A stretch of 64,000 nucleotides of DNA from Lama guanicoe (Eukaryota). The translations under genes and the position numbers were made by a program. Of the stretch, positions 13,518 to 27,569 are shown piece by piece; position 1 is the first letter of the stretch, and each line of letters begins with the position of its first letter. Under the pieces are notes generated by a model. It did no database searches. It was given only the letters and a program-made list of their open reading frames with translations, and was not told the DNA's origin. The stretch is from assembly GCA_013239625.1 (NCBI GenBank), contig MU053881.1:6409957-6473956 (forward strand). The letters are read 5' to 3'.

Positions 13518-14910
13518 GTATTTATTTGGTCAACAAATATTTGAGGGCCTACTATATGGCAGGTATCTGCAGAAGTTCAGAATACAACAGTAAGCAAAAC
13601 ATATTATTCCCAGTCCTCCAGAAATCTATAGCCTATTCAGAATAGGGCATGACATTGCTATAATCAACACTATGAAGAAATTAGCAAGAATTCCTAAAAT
13701 TCATGGATAGAACATAGCAAAAAGAGAGAAAGGGGAATCCATGTGCAGCTATTTAGACAGGAAATAAAAAGCATGACTCATTTAAGAGCTGAAAAAAAGG
13801 TTCAAAATGGGTATCAAGAAGTCAGTGGCAGGAGATGAGGCTAATGAGAAGGCAGAATCCAGATCATGAAGAGCCTGATACACCATGTTGATTTTAATTC
13901 CAATAGCAATGAAAGTCCTTGCAGAGTTTAAGCAAAGCACAGACACAATCAAGTTTTTGTTTTAGAAAGCCAGAGAGAAGACAAGGTGTGCATTTAAAAC
14001 TGTAGCATGAATCCAGATAAATGATGACAGGAGTTAAAATGGCAGGGGTGATAGAAATAACTGGACTAACTGGGATAAATAGAACTGACAGGATTTGATG
14101 ACATATGGATGCTGGTGAGAGAAAAAGAAAAAGTTAAGGAGAATTCAAAGGATTCAGGCTTAGGCAACTGAGTGGACAACTTTGAGACTTATAAATAGAG
14201 TCAGGGCTGGGAGTGGATGGAGGAGATGAGTTTAATTTTGGTCACTGAATTAGAGGCACATGGGGGACAGAATACACAAGTAAAACAGTTCAATAAATAT
14301 TCGGAAGTCAGAAGACAAGAACTATTAAAACAACAAAGAATCACTGAGCAATGCTGAGGGCTCAGTTGAGTTAAAAAATATGGTATCTTAGTTGGCAATG
14401 GTACCTATCAACAGAGGTGAACAACTTCTTTTATCACACAACAAATTAAGAGAAAACTCTGAATTTCTTTAGAGTTTAGGTTTTGCAAAGCAGATGAGAT
14501 AAAAATACAGCAGTGAACAAAGCAGATAAAACTAGTCTAGTAGAATAAACAAATAAAATACTAAGAGGTAATAAGTACTATGAAGAAAAATAAACAGGAT
14601 AAGGATGTTATTTTGCATAGGAAGGTCAAACGAGGTAGACATATGAGAACAGACCTGACTGAAGTGAAGGAGTACCATGTAAACATCTGGCAGGAAGCAT
14701 TCCTAGCAGAAGAGAAGTGTAAAGGCCCTAAAGCAAAAACAAATTGGTAATACTCAGAGAATAGCAAGGATGCCAGTGTACATAGCTGAGTTGAATGAAA
14801 AAGGATCAGAAATGAGGACAGAAGTAGCACAGTACACTTTGGGCCATGGCAAGAATCTGGAATTTGTCTCATATGTCACAGGAAGCCACTGGAAGCTTCT
14901 GAGTAGAGAA
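13518..14910 (-). mobile_element. L2 fragments
   Basis: Starts with the L2 3' tail in antisense (tcaacaaatatttgagggcctactatatggcagg); further L2 motifs (gcattcctagcaagaagag...aaaggcccta, gaagccactggaag). Confidence 0.75.
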
Positions 14911-15683
14911 AAGGAAGCAACAGTACCTGCTGAGAAAGAACCTGAAGTCATCTGTATCATAGCAGGGTTTAGGACAGAGAGCAAAACTCTGAGCTACTTG
15001 CCGAAGTCTTCAGTGAATCATGAGAGCTGTCTGGGAGATGAATAGGCAAGAGTAACATGGAGAAACATAAGGTGGCCTCACTGAGAGGAGCAAGCCGAAA
15101 AACAGCAGTCACTAGCAAAGCATTAGCAAACAGAGGACACAGGGCAAGTCAAAACTGCTGTGGGCTCTCCCAAGACGTTTACACTCTGGTCACGACGAAT
15201 AAAACTAAAATGACTATAAAATTATCTTTATTTAATTAGAATTGTGTGGCCTGGGCACAAAGATATTTATTTGCTAAGTTAAAGTAGCATATTTACATAT
15301 GTTTAAGTAACAAGTTTAAAGTATAATTACCACAATATTGAAAACTTCTATGAATATCAAACTTCCCCTGATAAAATAACACAGATTTTTGGCAGGAGCT
15401 TCTCAATCTTCTAATTTGGTAGTGCTCTCCCAGGAGCTAAAAAGGTTATGTAACACACAGAGAAGGAAACAGTATTACAGTTCCAGTTACCTGGAATTTC
15501 TTCATATGAAACTGGTATTTTAAAATTTTACATAAAACATCATTCTTATTTAACGTCTCAGTATGTTAAAATACGTATATATGTTTTTTCTAGACAATGT
15601 GCATAAGTCCTAGTACATACCCTATCTTAAATCTGTTTGGCCTTGTTTAAACACCCACAAATATATCCCACTGTTTCCAGGGA

Positions 15684-16205
15684 CAGGTTCCTGAGGAACT
15701 CTGGTCACAATATTTTCATTAACTGATCAACATATAACCTGTTTTATGTGTGTTTCTGTTTAAAAACACCTTATCTGGTATATATCGCTGATTTATTAAC
15801 ATCAAACTCATAGCCAATAGCACTACAACTTGTGCCTGAAGAAAGCTTACCTAACACATGTATGTTCTTTGTAAAGCACACTACAGCCTTCTTGTGCTTA
15901 GGAACACTGGACAGCACTTCACTATGCTGGAGGGACATCTTAGACAGCATAATCACCAATGAAAAGCACAAAAATGTGAAAACGTGGGACTAAATAGATA
16001 GCAAAAAGGACAAGCATTTACAGTATGAAAACTGAAACAAGGAGGCAGAGCGTCTGCTTCATCTCAGCTGGAAAAGTACGCACTGGACAACTCAAATTTT
16101 TCACTACTATACACACAATGAAGAGTACTGGTTTGGGGGTTAACAAATTTTAGCAAGTATACAAATTTGCAAAAACAGAATCCATGAATAATGAGAATCA
16201 GCTCT
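15684..16205 (-). mobile_element. MER82-like TcMar-Tigger DNA transposon
   Basis: TIR-like end gaatccatgaataatgagaatcagct; ORF 15771..15971 is a decayed Tigger N-terminal HTH (SSVPKHKKAV...GYEFDVNKSAIY). Confidence 0.8.
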
Positions 16206-16689
16206 ACTTGTTTTCTCTGATTCTCTCACTCACTTTTCCTTCATTCTTTCTTCCTTGAAAATGTATCCTTCTCCCCACCCTCCAAAAAGTATTAGTCCAT
16301 AAACTTCACTCAAGGTTTTTTTCTCTAGGGAATATAGACTAAAACAGAAAACAAATCTTATTTAAAGTTAAATTCATTTGTTAGTTAAAGAAAAAATTAA
16401 CGTATACTTAATTCCCACTTTACTAAATATGTAATGTTATATTAAAAGATGGTACAGAGGCAAATCATTCACTTCATTTAAAACTAATCAAAGCATTTTG
16501 AGAGCGCCCCCAAATTTTAAAGTGGTTTGATATTGGAAATAATAAATCTTAAAAATACTAAAAATATTTATGTTCCATTCAGATTCAAATTTCATTGAAA
16601 ACAGGTAGGTTAAAGGTTGAAAAGGATATGGAATGAGGGGGAGGTATCTACTCAAGACGGCAACAAATCTATTAAACACTTAGGAATAT

Positions 16690-17720
16690 ATTTAAGAATA
16701 ATAATGAGGGAGAATACCACACTAATGACTTCAGTAGTGTGACAGTGGTGTACTAATAGACTTCTAAGATCAGTGGGGAAGAATGAACAGCCTAGAAAAA
16801 GACATAAGAATTCTGTGTAAGATATAAGTGGCATTACAAATCAGTAGAGGGTAGGGTTGACATTACTTGGTTAACACCTTGGAACCTTCCAAAAAAGCAT
16901 ATAAACAAAATAAATGTTAGATATATCAAAAGTTAAATATAAAAACATAAACCATAAAAGAACCAGGAGAAAATATAGGTGAATATTTTTATTATCTAGG
17001 TGTGGAACAACCTTTCTAAATATGAGCATTGAAAAAAATATCAAAGAAAAAATTAATAGATCTGAATATATAAATATTTATATATAATAATTTTATATAT
17101 ATAATATATATATATAAAAAAGAAATTTCTAAAATAAATTGAACATTGGAGAAAATATACTCAAAATGAATAGCAAAATATTACAATCTTTGATATATAC
17201 TGGGTTCTTATGGATACATTAGAAAAGATAATCATAAAACCAGGTGAATGATATACTCTCTATATAATAAAAAATAAAGAGAAAATAGAAACGGCAAGAA
17301 AAGGAATGGAAAAGAATGTCTTGACTAAAGAAATACAAATTAAAACAATACATTTGTTATCTATAAACCGGCAAAGATAAGAATCCTACTACCTAGTGTT
17401 CAACTGTAGAAAAAATGATAGCCTCCCATAGTCTTTTGAGTTCAGAGGATAAACTGGTACAACTTTTACAGAAGGCCACTTGGTAACGTGTACTGAAAGT
17501 CTTCAAAATGCTATACAGAATTCAATCAGCTATTCAGCTTTTAGGACTTAACTCTAATAAAGTTATTTTGATCTACATAAAGATACAACTAAAAGAATAT
17601 TCACCTTTAAAATAAGAAAAAACTGAGAAACCACCTAAAATTCCCAAAAGAAGGATCTGTTTGAATTATGGTAAAGTTTAGAATATTTCATGTCTAGGTA
17701 AAATGTTCATACTATTATGA
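16690..17720 (+). mobile_element. Old L1M fragment
   Basis: aaaccataaaagaaccaggagaaaatataggtgaatatt and aaagaaatacaaattaaaacaat are L1 ORF2 3' motifs. Confidence 0.65.
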
Positions 17721-18233
17721 CTGATTTTCAAAAAAATAAGTGTTTGGGGTCTTTTGTAAGCATTGTTTTAAGCAATTTAAAATTATTAACCCATTTATCC
17801 TTAGATAATAGTCCCAAATGAATTAGGTATTCTTCTTCTTATTATTATTATCCCCATTTTAGTTTATAAAACAATATTATAATTTTTGTTGGAAAAAGTT
17901 GAAAAATACACATGTAAGGTACATATACTCTCAAATATTAATTAAAATATGCAAAGATCCTTACCAAAATGACAGTAGTTATTAAAAATAAAATATATGG
18001 AAAACCAACTCACTCATTTTATTCATATAAATTTATGTGACTACACTACTTATTAGAGATATGAGTTCTGCAAATCATTTAACCTCTAAGCCTTGCTTTT
18101 CTTATCAATATAAAGGAAAATGATACCTTCCTCAAAATGCCAACTGAAAAATGCTTTAGTTCATATTACCAGTTTAATAACTAAAAATGTCTAACTCCTT
18201 AGAAATTTCTGTAAATTACATAGCTACACTTAC

Positions 18234-18339
18234 CGACAGGATAATTCTCCATCCATAGCATCATGCTCATCTGTACTTGTATATGTTAATCTTCCTCCAA
18301 CAACTGTCCCAACTAAGTATACCAGCCAGGCAAGACGTC
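18234..18339 (-). CDS. RANBP17: RANBP17 coding exon (~exon 13), (G)[34 protein letters not shown](R)
   Basis: Acceptor TATATTAG|GA, donor TCG|GTAAGT; 106 nt, phase 1 to 2. Confidence 0.96.
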
Positions 18340-18469
18340 CTAATATATAATAAGGAAAAAAAAGTTGATTCCCAAACCACCCACTATAAAACCAAGTCTA
18401 TGAGACACAGGGAATACATACTTGTTGGATTTCAAATAAGCAAACTTTCATTTAAAAATGGAGGCAACA

Positions 18470-18690
18470 CAATTTAGGTATCAAGAGCATACCCTGGGTT
18501 TGAATTTTGCTTCTACTATTTATTATGCTAGTTACTCAATCTTTCTTGGCTTTCATTTCCTCATTTATAGATAAGAAGATGAGAGTAACTGGCTCATAGG
18601 CTTCTAACAGCACTAAGTGGTATTCTGCACATAAAGTACTCAAATGTCTGCTGTAAGTGCTGAGTAAATGTTGGCCACTATTACTGTTTT
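18470..18690 (+). mobile_element. MIR SINE followed by (TAT)n to ~18750
   Basis: cctgggtttgaatttt...ttcatttcctcatttat...taagtgctgagtaaatgtt. Confidence 0.7.
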
Positions 18691-20708
18691 TTTTAATTAT
18701 TATTATTATTATTAATTATTATTATTATTATTATATTACTATTATTATTAAATAGCTATACCCATTTTAGGTCTTCTGTATCATAGCTGCAAAAGCCATA
18801 AAATATACCAATATGTAACATTTATATGTTCATCCTAAGTTTTATTTAAGAAGCTACACAAGAAAACTGTCATACAATATTTAAGAATTTTTAATTTATT
18901 TCCTCTCTACCAAAGAGACTTGCTCCAATTAAAGCCAGTTACAGTTAGCTGTATTTGCTTTCTTAATGTTGTTTATAAAACAAGCAAAAACCCCAAACTG
19001 ACAAAAAAAAATTCCCAAGAATTTTCAGAAAATTCATTGGCTGAGTATCTATGTATCATTTTCTGCTCACTGAGACATAACTAAATATGTATGAGGTAGG
19101 ATGAGAAGAGGGAGAGAAATCCCATGCCCAAGGAATTGAACCTAGTGAGAGAGACAGATAAAAGGAAAAAATTACTTTTTCAATGCAGTGTGATGAGCAT
19201 CATTGTCTAATAGTAAATTTAGACATGAATTTCTCAAAGTTTCATTTTTTTATTCTTTAATTCATTTTATTCTGTGATGCTAAAAAAAAAGGCTTTACTA
19301 TCAAGGAATGCTATGCAAAAATAACATGTGATTAACTGGGAGCATTTTTTTCCTAAAATATGGCAAATTCTGAATGGAAGTTTAATTATTTAGAGGAAAG
19401 CAGAATGTAATTTATTCTTTCTTGGTTTCAGAAAGCAGTGATTTCTGTTGTATAAGACAGAAAAACAGGCATTTCTAACCCTAAAAGTTTAACAACTATT
19501 GATTGAATAAATCAATATTAGTGTTAGAAATGAACAATGAAGTATAAAGCCATTTTTATTAAGCTACCAAATGTAATCTTCATATTTAACCGAATGAGAA
19601 GTGGTATTTCTCATATACATTAAACCTTTCCCTAAACCTCTACAATTCTAGACTGACAGTATTTAAAATAAATGCTAAAAAGTTACATTGGTTATAGGAT
19701 TATATCCACAAAGTTTAAACGTAAATCCATAAATTTAAGTTGCACTTAGAAATTTAAATATCCTATACATGAGTTTCATATTTATACATTTTGAAAAAAA
19801 TCTCATCCTAGACTATATTTCCACTACAGTTCTCCATTTTTCTATTTATTCTGAATTGTTCAGGGCACTTGTTTTAGCAGCTGTTGAAGAACAGAATGTT
19901 TTTTTTTCCTTTAACAAAATAATTATTGCTGTAATAATCTGTAATTATGGTTTATAACTGCAATAATCCCAAAGAAATCAGTCATTACCATAGATCACAC
20001 GTAATCGTTAACTACTGTTAATGACCTATTTCTTAGGGATTATTGTTTTCCTAAACCATGACCATATCACCACAAATAAGGAAGAGCAAGACAATATAAT
20101 ACAAATGAGATAATATAATAATAAACTTATTTTGTAACATTAAAAGCCATTAAGCATCTAAATTAAAGCACACGTAACGAGAGCACATAATTTTCTTTGT
20201 TCAACACTAACTGAAGTCTAGTCTGCACAAAAGAAATTGAACACTACTACACACAGCAGCACAAACTGGAACCACACAGGCGTTTTTCATAATATGAAAC
20301 AATTATTTTTTAGTAGACCACAGATATTTTTAAAATGCAGATTCCTCTGCACTGACCTTTTGACTAGAAGAAAGGAAAAACATATTTATGCAACATTTCC
20401 TATGTATCAGGCATAATTATATTAGAAACTTTGAAATGGTATTTTATTAAAATTACAACTATAAAACCTCGTTGAGTCCTTATTAATCAAGGATCAGGTC
20501 TGACTTACTTAAGTCAATAGACAGACCTATTTAATACTAATAAACTATTACATTTCAGTTAATTCCATTCATATATCTTAGAACAGCTATACTTTCATTC
20601 AGTAAGCTTTTGTAAGAAAACAAGTCTTTGATTTTACAACTGAATCTTTCTACATTGTAATAAAATACTTGATACACAGGAAAGAATATACGTAATGTAT
20701 ATGAAGTA

Positions 20709-21048
20709 TAGTCCTTCAGTATCTGCAGGGGATTGTTTCCAGGACCCCCAGGCTTACAAAAATCTGTGAATGCTCAAGTCCCTTGTATAAAGTGGTACAG
20801 TATTTGCATATAACCTATTCGTATCCTCCATATGCTTTAAATCACTTCTAGATTATTTATAAACCTAATACAATGCAAATGCTAGGCAAGTAGTTGTAAA
20901 TACAATGTAAGTGCTAGGTAAACAGTTACTAGCACATGGCAAATCAAGTTTGGCTTTTTGGAACTTTCTGGAATTTTTTTTTTTGGAATATTTTCTATCT
21001 TTGGTTGAATTTGTGAGTGTGGAAACCTCAGATCAAGGGGGCTGACTA
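20709..21048. mobile_element. MER2/MER2B TcMar-Tigger MITE
   Basis: TA-flanked TIRs (ta|tagtccttcagtatctgc ... cagatcaagggggctgacta|ta); internal ccaggacccc...gctcaagtccctt. Confidence 0.85.
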
Positions 21049-21049
21049 T

Positions 21050-22557
21050 AATAAAACAGACACCCTAAACTCTTCTATCCAACCTAACAAGCAAGGCTTT
21101 ATCAATACTGTCATATCTACCTCCATACCCCTCCCCTAGCTTGTCCTCCTACCGTGCTCCCTATAAGTAACCATGATTCTGTATTTGATGTTCACTATTT
21201 TCTTCACATTTTTTTTGTTTTATCACTTATACATATATTCCTAAATAATATATTTTTAGTCTCACTTTTTGGGGGGCTTTAGTAAGTGGTTCATACTGAA
21301 TACAGCTTTCTGAGAATTGTTTTTTTATTCCCCACTAAATCTCTCTTAAACTCATCTTTAAGTATACCTGTAGTTTATTCATTTCTTCCTATTATATAAC
21401 ATTTCATTGTGTAACTATATTATCTGCTTAACTATTTTTATACTGATGGACATTTGAACTTTTTAAATTTTTTTGCCTCTAGGAACAGCTAGGCTAGGAA
21501 CATTCTCACGCATGTCCTCTTGTATAGAAGAGACTTTCTACAGGGCATACCTAAAAGTAGAAGTGTCAAGTCAGCAGATATTCAAATGTTTCACTTTTCA
21601 AGGTAACACCAAATTGATTTCCATTCTATTTCCAACTGACTATACTTTGTACTACCAGAAATGTGTAAGAATTCCCTTTGATCTACACTCTCCTTTGTAA
21701 GATTTCTTATTTTCGCCAATCTACTGAAAGTAAAATGGTATCTCATGTGCCTTAATTTCCATTTCTCTCATGACTAGCAACATACTTATTCATCATTTTC
21801 ATAAAGAATTTAATTGATTTCTAGGAATTTTTTCCAGGTTCATCTAGATGGTGATCCTTGTTTGGGTTTGTGTATGTTAGTGAGTATGTTTATATGTAGA
21901 AAGTGCCTTTTTCCACTTCTGGTATTTTTTATTTTTTAATCCTGAATTGATTTTAGGTTTTTTTCTTTCTAGGAATTTATGCATTTCAAGTTTTCTAATT
22001 TGTTGACCTCAAAAAATACTATATATAATTTTATCTTTTAAACCTTTGTTAATTTTTTAAATTAATGTAATTGTAATTGTATTTCCTTTGTTCCTAATAC
22101 ATTTGTGAATTCTTTTTTCTTATCTCATGAGAGGTTTGTCAATTTTATTAGTATTTTTAAAGAATTAACTTTTGATTTTTTTGATTCTACTGAATCTTGG
22201 TCTTTTAGTTCATTAATTTCTGCTCTCTGTTTCTTTCCCCTTTCTTCAGGTTTGATCTGTTCCTCTCATTCTAACTTCTCAACTTGGATGCTTAAGTCAC
22301 AACATTTCAGCCTTTCTTCTTTTTGTGTAATAAACTTCCCACTGAATTCCAAAAATGTTGTATTTCCATTATTGTGTAACTCTGTTTTTTAATTTCCCTT
22401 AAGACTTCTTTTACTCCACAGTTACTGAGAAGAATGTTGGTAAAATTACCAAGTATATGGTATTTATTATTATTTATGTGATTTAGTTTTAATTGCAAAT
22501 AGGTAAGAAAATGTGGACTCCATGAGTCACTGAAATTTGCTGCTTTATGTACTAATA
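21050..22557 (-). mobile_element. Old antisense L1M fragments (host of the next insertion)
   Basis: Degenerate antisense L1 3' and ORF2 motifs (ggtttgtcaattttattagtatttttaaagaattaacttt). Confidence 0.65.
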
Positions 22558-22572
22558 CTTGGTCATTTCTTT

Positions 22573-24225
22573 AAATTTGAGATATAATTGACACAGACCA
22601 TTATGTTACTTTCAGATGTACAACATAAAAATTTGATTATTTGTATACGCTGTGCAATGATCACCCAGTAAGTCTAGTTAACATCTGTCACCACACAGTC
22701 ACAAATTTTATTTTCTTACGGTGAGAACTTTTACATCTACTCTCTCAGCAACTTTCAAATATGCAATACAGTATTATTTAAACTATAGTTGCCATGGTGT
22801 ATATGGCATCTCCATGATTTATTTATTTTATAACTGGAAGTTTTTACCTTTTGACCACCTTTATCCATTTCACGCATCCCCAAATTCGACCTCTAGCAAC
22901 CACCAATCTGTTCTCTGCATCTAGGAGTTCAATTTGTCTTGTTTTGTTTTTAGACTCCACATATAATTGAGATCATGCAGTATTTGTTTTTCCTTGTCTG
23001 ACTTATTTCACTTAACACAATGTCCTCAAGGTCCATCCATGTTGTCACAAAAGGCAAGATGTCATTCTTTTTTTATGGCTGAATAATTTTTATATACTAT
23101 ATATAATATATAACTATATATACATATTTATATGCATATATGTATACCCACACAAACACACATTTTCTTTACCCATTCATCCATCATGGATACTTAGATT
23201 GCTTCAATGTCTTGACTGTTGTAAATAAGACTGCAATGAACATGAGGGTGCAGATACCCTTTCAAGGAACTGTTTTGGTTTTCTATGAATAAATACCCAG
23301 AAGTGAAATTGCTGGATCATATGATAGTTCTATTTCAATTTTTTGAGGACCCTCCAGAGTGGCAACACCAATTTACATTCCCACCAGTGGTGCACAAGGA
23401 CTCCCTTCTCTCCACATCCTCGTCAACACTTTGTATAACTTGTCTTTTAGGTAACAGCCATTCTAACAGATGTCAGGTGGTATCTCGTAGTGGTTTTGAT
23501 TTGCATTTCCCTGATTGGTGATGTTGAGCACGTTTTCATGTACCTAACAGCCATTTGTACGTCTTCTTTGGAAAAATAGCTATTCAGATCCTCTGCTCAT
23601 TTTTTAATTGGGTTGCTTGTTTTTTCACTACTAAATTGTATGAGTTCTTTATGTTAGCTATTAGCCCCTTATCAGATTATGTGATATACAAATATTTTCT
23701 CCCACTTGGTAGGCTGCCTTTTCATTTTGTTGATAGTTTCCTCTGCTGTGCAGAAGCTTTGTAGTTTGATGTACTCTCACTTGTTTTTTTTTTTTCTTTC
23801 TTTTGTTGCCTTTGCTTTTGGTATTAAATCTAAAAAATCACAGCCAAGACCAGTATCAAGGAGCTTACTACCTACATTTTCTTCTAGGTGTTACATGGTT
23901 TCAGGTCTTAAGTTTAAGTCTTCTATCCATTTTGAGTTATATTTTGTGTATGGTGTAAGACAGTGGTCCAGTTTCATTCTTTCTCATGTGGCTGCATAGT
24001 TTTCCCAACACTATTTAATGAACAGACTGGCCTTTCCCCATTGCATATTCTTGGCTCTATATGATAAATTAACTTACTGTACAAATGTGGGTTTATTTCT
24101 GGGTTCTCTATGCTGTTCCACTGATCCATACATCTGTTTTTATGCCAATGCCATAACATATTGATTACTACAGCTTTGTAATACAGCTCAAAATCAAGAA
24201 GTGTGATGCCTCTAGCTTTGTTCTT
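22573..24225 (-). mobile_element. 5'-truncated L1 (L1MA9-like) with degenerate 15-bp TSD
   Basis: Full 3'UTR and ORF2 C-terminus; ORF 23974..24255 reads [18 protein letters not shown]; flanks are cttggtcatttcttt (22558-22572) and cttgatcattttttt (24226-24240). Confidence 0.85.
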
Positions 24226-24240
24226 CTTGATCATTTTTTT

Positions 24241-26040
24241 TTTCAAACATGTCATGTCCTATAGAAAACTAGTATTTTCTAAGTGTTGGCTCCAGCAGAT
24301 ATATACATCAATTCAATAAAGTCTGTTAATCACATTGTTCAAATTCTCTCTAAATTTACTGACTTCCTCATTTATCAACAATAATTGTGGGAAATGTACT
24401 GCAACTCCCCATCATAAAGATACATTTGTCAATTTCTGCCATAGAAATACCAACTTTTCCTTGATATATTTTGAGACCATTTCATTAGGTACTAGATAAC
24501 AGAAATGGGTACACCTTCTTAGTGTACAAACTATTATCTACAGTTCTAATAATGCTTTTTATATTATAGTCTTATTTGATATTAATGTAACTACCCCAAA
24601 TTCCCTCAGGCTTGCATATACACAGCACTTTTTTTTTATCCTTTTAGTTTCAGTTTTCTATGTTTTAATGTTTTGGGTATGTCTCTTATAATGAGCATTT
24701 GACTCACTGGAATATGTTTTTAAATATTCAACTTTACAATCTGGCTTAACTGTAAATTTAACTCATTTATGTTTCTTAGATTAATAATGTATCTGGAATG
24801 CTCCTATTTTATTTTTTATTGTTATCTTCTATTTTGTCTCTTTCTTCTTTTCTTGATTTTTAAAATATGAGTTTGCTTGTTTACCTATTTCATTATTTTC
24901 CTCCTACTGGGTTATGGAAGTTAATCACATGGTATCTTACACTTTTCAGTTGTTACTCTTGAAATTTTATCACCTTAATTTTCCTCATAAATAAAACAAG
25001 GAATTAACATAATTTTAATTCTTATCACTCCCCTCTCCCATATACTACTATTCATGGTGGTTTATTTTTTTAATTCTATAAGTTAAAAAAAATTTTTTTA
25101 ATATATATAAGCTGTTTGTTAAGATTTATATAAATGTTTACCAATTTCCATGTGCTTCTTTCTATCCTTCTGGAATCATGGCCCTTCTTCCTAAAAAATA
25201 ATCTTCAGAATATTTAATGAAAACTTTTAATAAAGAATCACAGTAAACATCTACTGGTAGTAAAAATTCTATTTTCATTTGTCCAAAAATGGTTTTTCGC
25301 TTCCTTGTTCATGAAAGATACTTCTCTGACATGTAATTATAAGATGGCCATTATTTTGACTCAATTTTTTTACAAATAATATTCTACAATCTTCTGGCTT
25401 ACATTTTTAGTGTTGAGAAGTGAGTTAATCTATTTTACACTCTTCAAGCCACTTTTGAGATTTTTCGGTCTTTGGGGCTACACAGTTTGACTAAAATGCT
25501 GTTTTTTGTTTTTGACTGTATACGTTGGGTTTTCTGTTTTGATAGATTCATGTCTTTCATTAATTCTGAAAAATTTGCAGATAAAATGTCTTTGATACTG
25601 TCTCTGCTCCATTCTCTCTATTCCATCTTTCTGGGATTCAATTGGATATATCTGACCTTTTCGTACCATCTTTTAACTTCTAATAGTTTCACTTTCCTTG
25701 TTTTGCCACAATTCTTGAAACTTTCTTCAAACCTAACTGCCAATTTGCTAATTCCTTCTTCAGCTGGGTCTAATTTACTGTTTTAACACATTCATTAAAT
25801 TTTAGATCACAAAAAAATTTTTCTCAATAATAAAAGTTTTACTTGAGTATACTTCAGTCTGCCTGGTCATTTTTCATTCTTTTGTTTGCTCATTTATGAT
25901 TCTATTGTTTTCTTTAAACTTTTCATACATAATTTTATATTCCTATACAATTTCAATATCATAAGATCTTTGGGAGGTCTAAATCAAATAGACAGTTCAC
26001 TGTTTTTGTTAGTGCTCAGTCATGGTACCTTGCTTTGTTG
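24241..26040 (-). mobile_element. Old antisense L1/HAL1-like fragments
   Basis: Continuation of the interrupted old L1 (tttgtcaatttctgcc, ttgatattaatgtaactacccc, tctggcttacatttttagtgttgagaagt). Confidence 0.55.
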
Positions 26041-26096
26041 TCTGTGTGCTGGCTAGTTTTTAAATCATGAACATTTATTTGATTGATTTTTTAAAA

Positions 26097-26249
26097 TTTT
26101 TTCTTTTTTTAAACTTTGGTTTTATTTATTTATTTTGGTGGGTAGGAATAATTAGGTTTATTTATTTATTTTAATGGGGTACTGGGGATTGAACTCAGGA
26201 ATCTCATGCATGCTAAGCACGAACTTTATCACTGAGCTAAATTCCCCCC
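26097..26249 (-). mobile_element. vic-1-type camelid tRNA-derived SINE
   Basis: Reverse complement GGGGGGAATTTAGCTCAGTGATAAAG...GCTTAGCATGCATGAG...GAGTTCAATCCCCAGTACCCCATTAAAATAAATAAATAAACCTAATT, with pol III A and B boxes and an A-rich tail. Confidence 0.85.
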
Positions 26250-27569
26250 TCTCATTTGACTCATTGTAATCTGCAGAATTCTTAAAGCCATAAATTATGG
26301 TTGCTACTTTTCAGAGAAGATTTTAATTTAGTTTTTCTCTGGAAGCCAAGGGTATCTACCAGTTTTGGACCACTATATCCCCTTCTCAAGAGTCCAACTT
26401 AATATAAGAATATAAGCAAGGTACACTGACTGACCTCGCAACTAACGAAGGCTTTGCCACCAATTTAATCACTAATAATTTGCCTTGAAAGGCAACATTG
26501 TCTTTTGCCCTTATTTGCTACTGATCAGTTCCATTTTGGTTAAAGTTCATTTTACGAGGGGGAAAAGTCAGAAGAGAAAGGGACTGAGTAGAGGAGAGCA
26601 GCAAAGTGGAGGAGAAGGGATCTCAGAAATTTAATGTACTTATTTCAAGCCAAGCAATGCATTAAAAGTTTATCCAGGATCTGAATGTTTTGCAGCTCAA
26701 ATGCCTTTCAGAGAATCTAGTTGACCGCAATCAAGTGAAAGTTACTACTAATTGTTGACTTTTTAAAAAGCAAAATTGCGTTTAATATAAAACCCAAAAA
26801 AAGACAACGTGATTTTATAGGTAGCTGACTAAACATGAACCAAATTATATTACAACAAGCTGAGTTAATGAAAAAAAATCTTAGATATTATATATGGCTG
26901 CCATTGTGCCATCAGGCCAAAAAAAAAAAAGTGAAAAACAAAAACACTAAAATAAAGGCTTACAGGGCAACCACACAGCTACAAAAAGATACTTAACTGA
27001 AGGGACACGTAGGGACTCAAATCTAGCCTGTACTCTACTCACCAATCTGTGCGCACTAATATGGTGCAACACTTGCATGGAAGAAAGGGAGTCTTTTTTC
27101 TGATTTGCACAAATACACCAAATTTACTACTGAGTTGGTAAGAAAGTAAAATAAATCCACAAAGGCCAAAATAGATGTCAGATCTGAAACAGGGAGACAT
27201 ATGCACAGAAATAACCAGAGGGGGAAAAAAAAGAAATAACTAGAGAACTTGGGCTTCTCCTTTGAAGGACAAAGGACAGAGTCTAAGGCATGCCCAACGT
27301 GAGGACTCCAACAAGAAACTCTTATAACTTTAGTAAAAAAGTGAACTGGAGGGAAAACAAACAAACAAATCTGCCCTAGACAAAGAAAGACAACACAGAA
27401 ACTTGTCTAACTTGTCTTCCATGTTAGTCGCAGGGATGGAAGAAAAAACCCTTAAGTCAGACCTCTGATGGCTTGTGGCCTAAATACAGACTACCAGTGT
27501 GATATGAAAAGCTTATTCTAAGGAAGCAGTTTAAATGGTATTGAGTTAATAGTCCTCATCCACCTCATT

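Noticed and set aside
15771..15971. TIGD-like HTH ORF as a domesticated transposase
   Set aside because: Short decayed remnant inside a MER82-like non-autonomous element; no DDE domain
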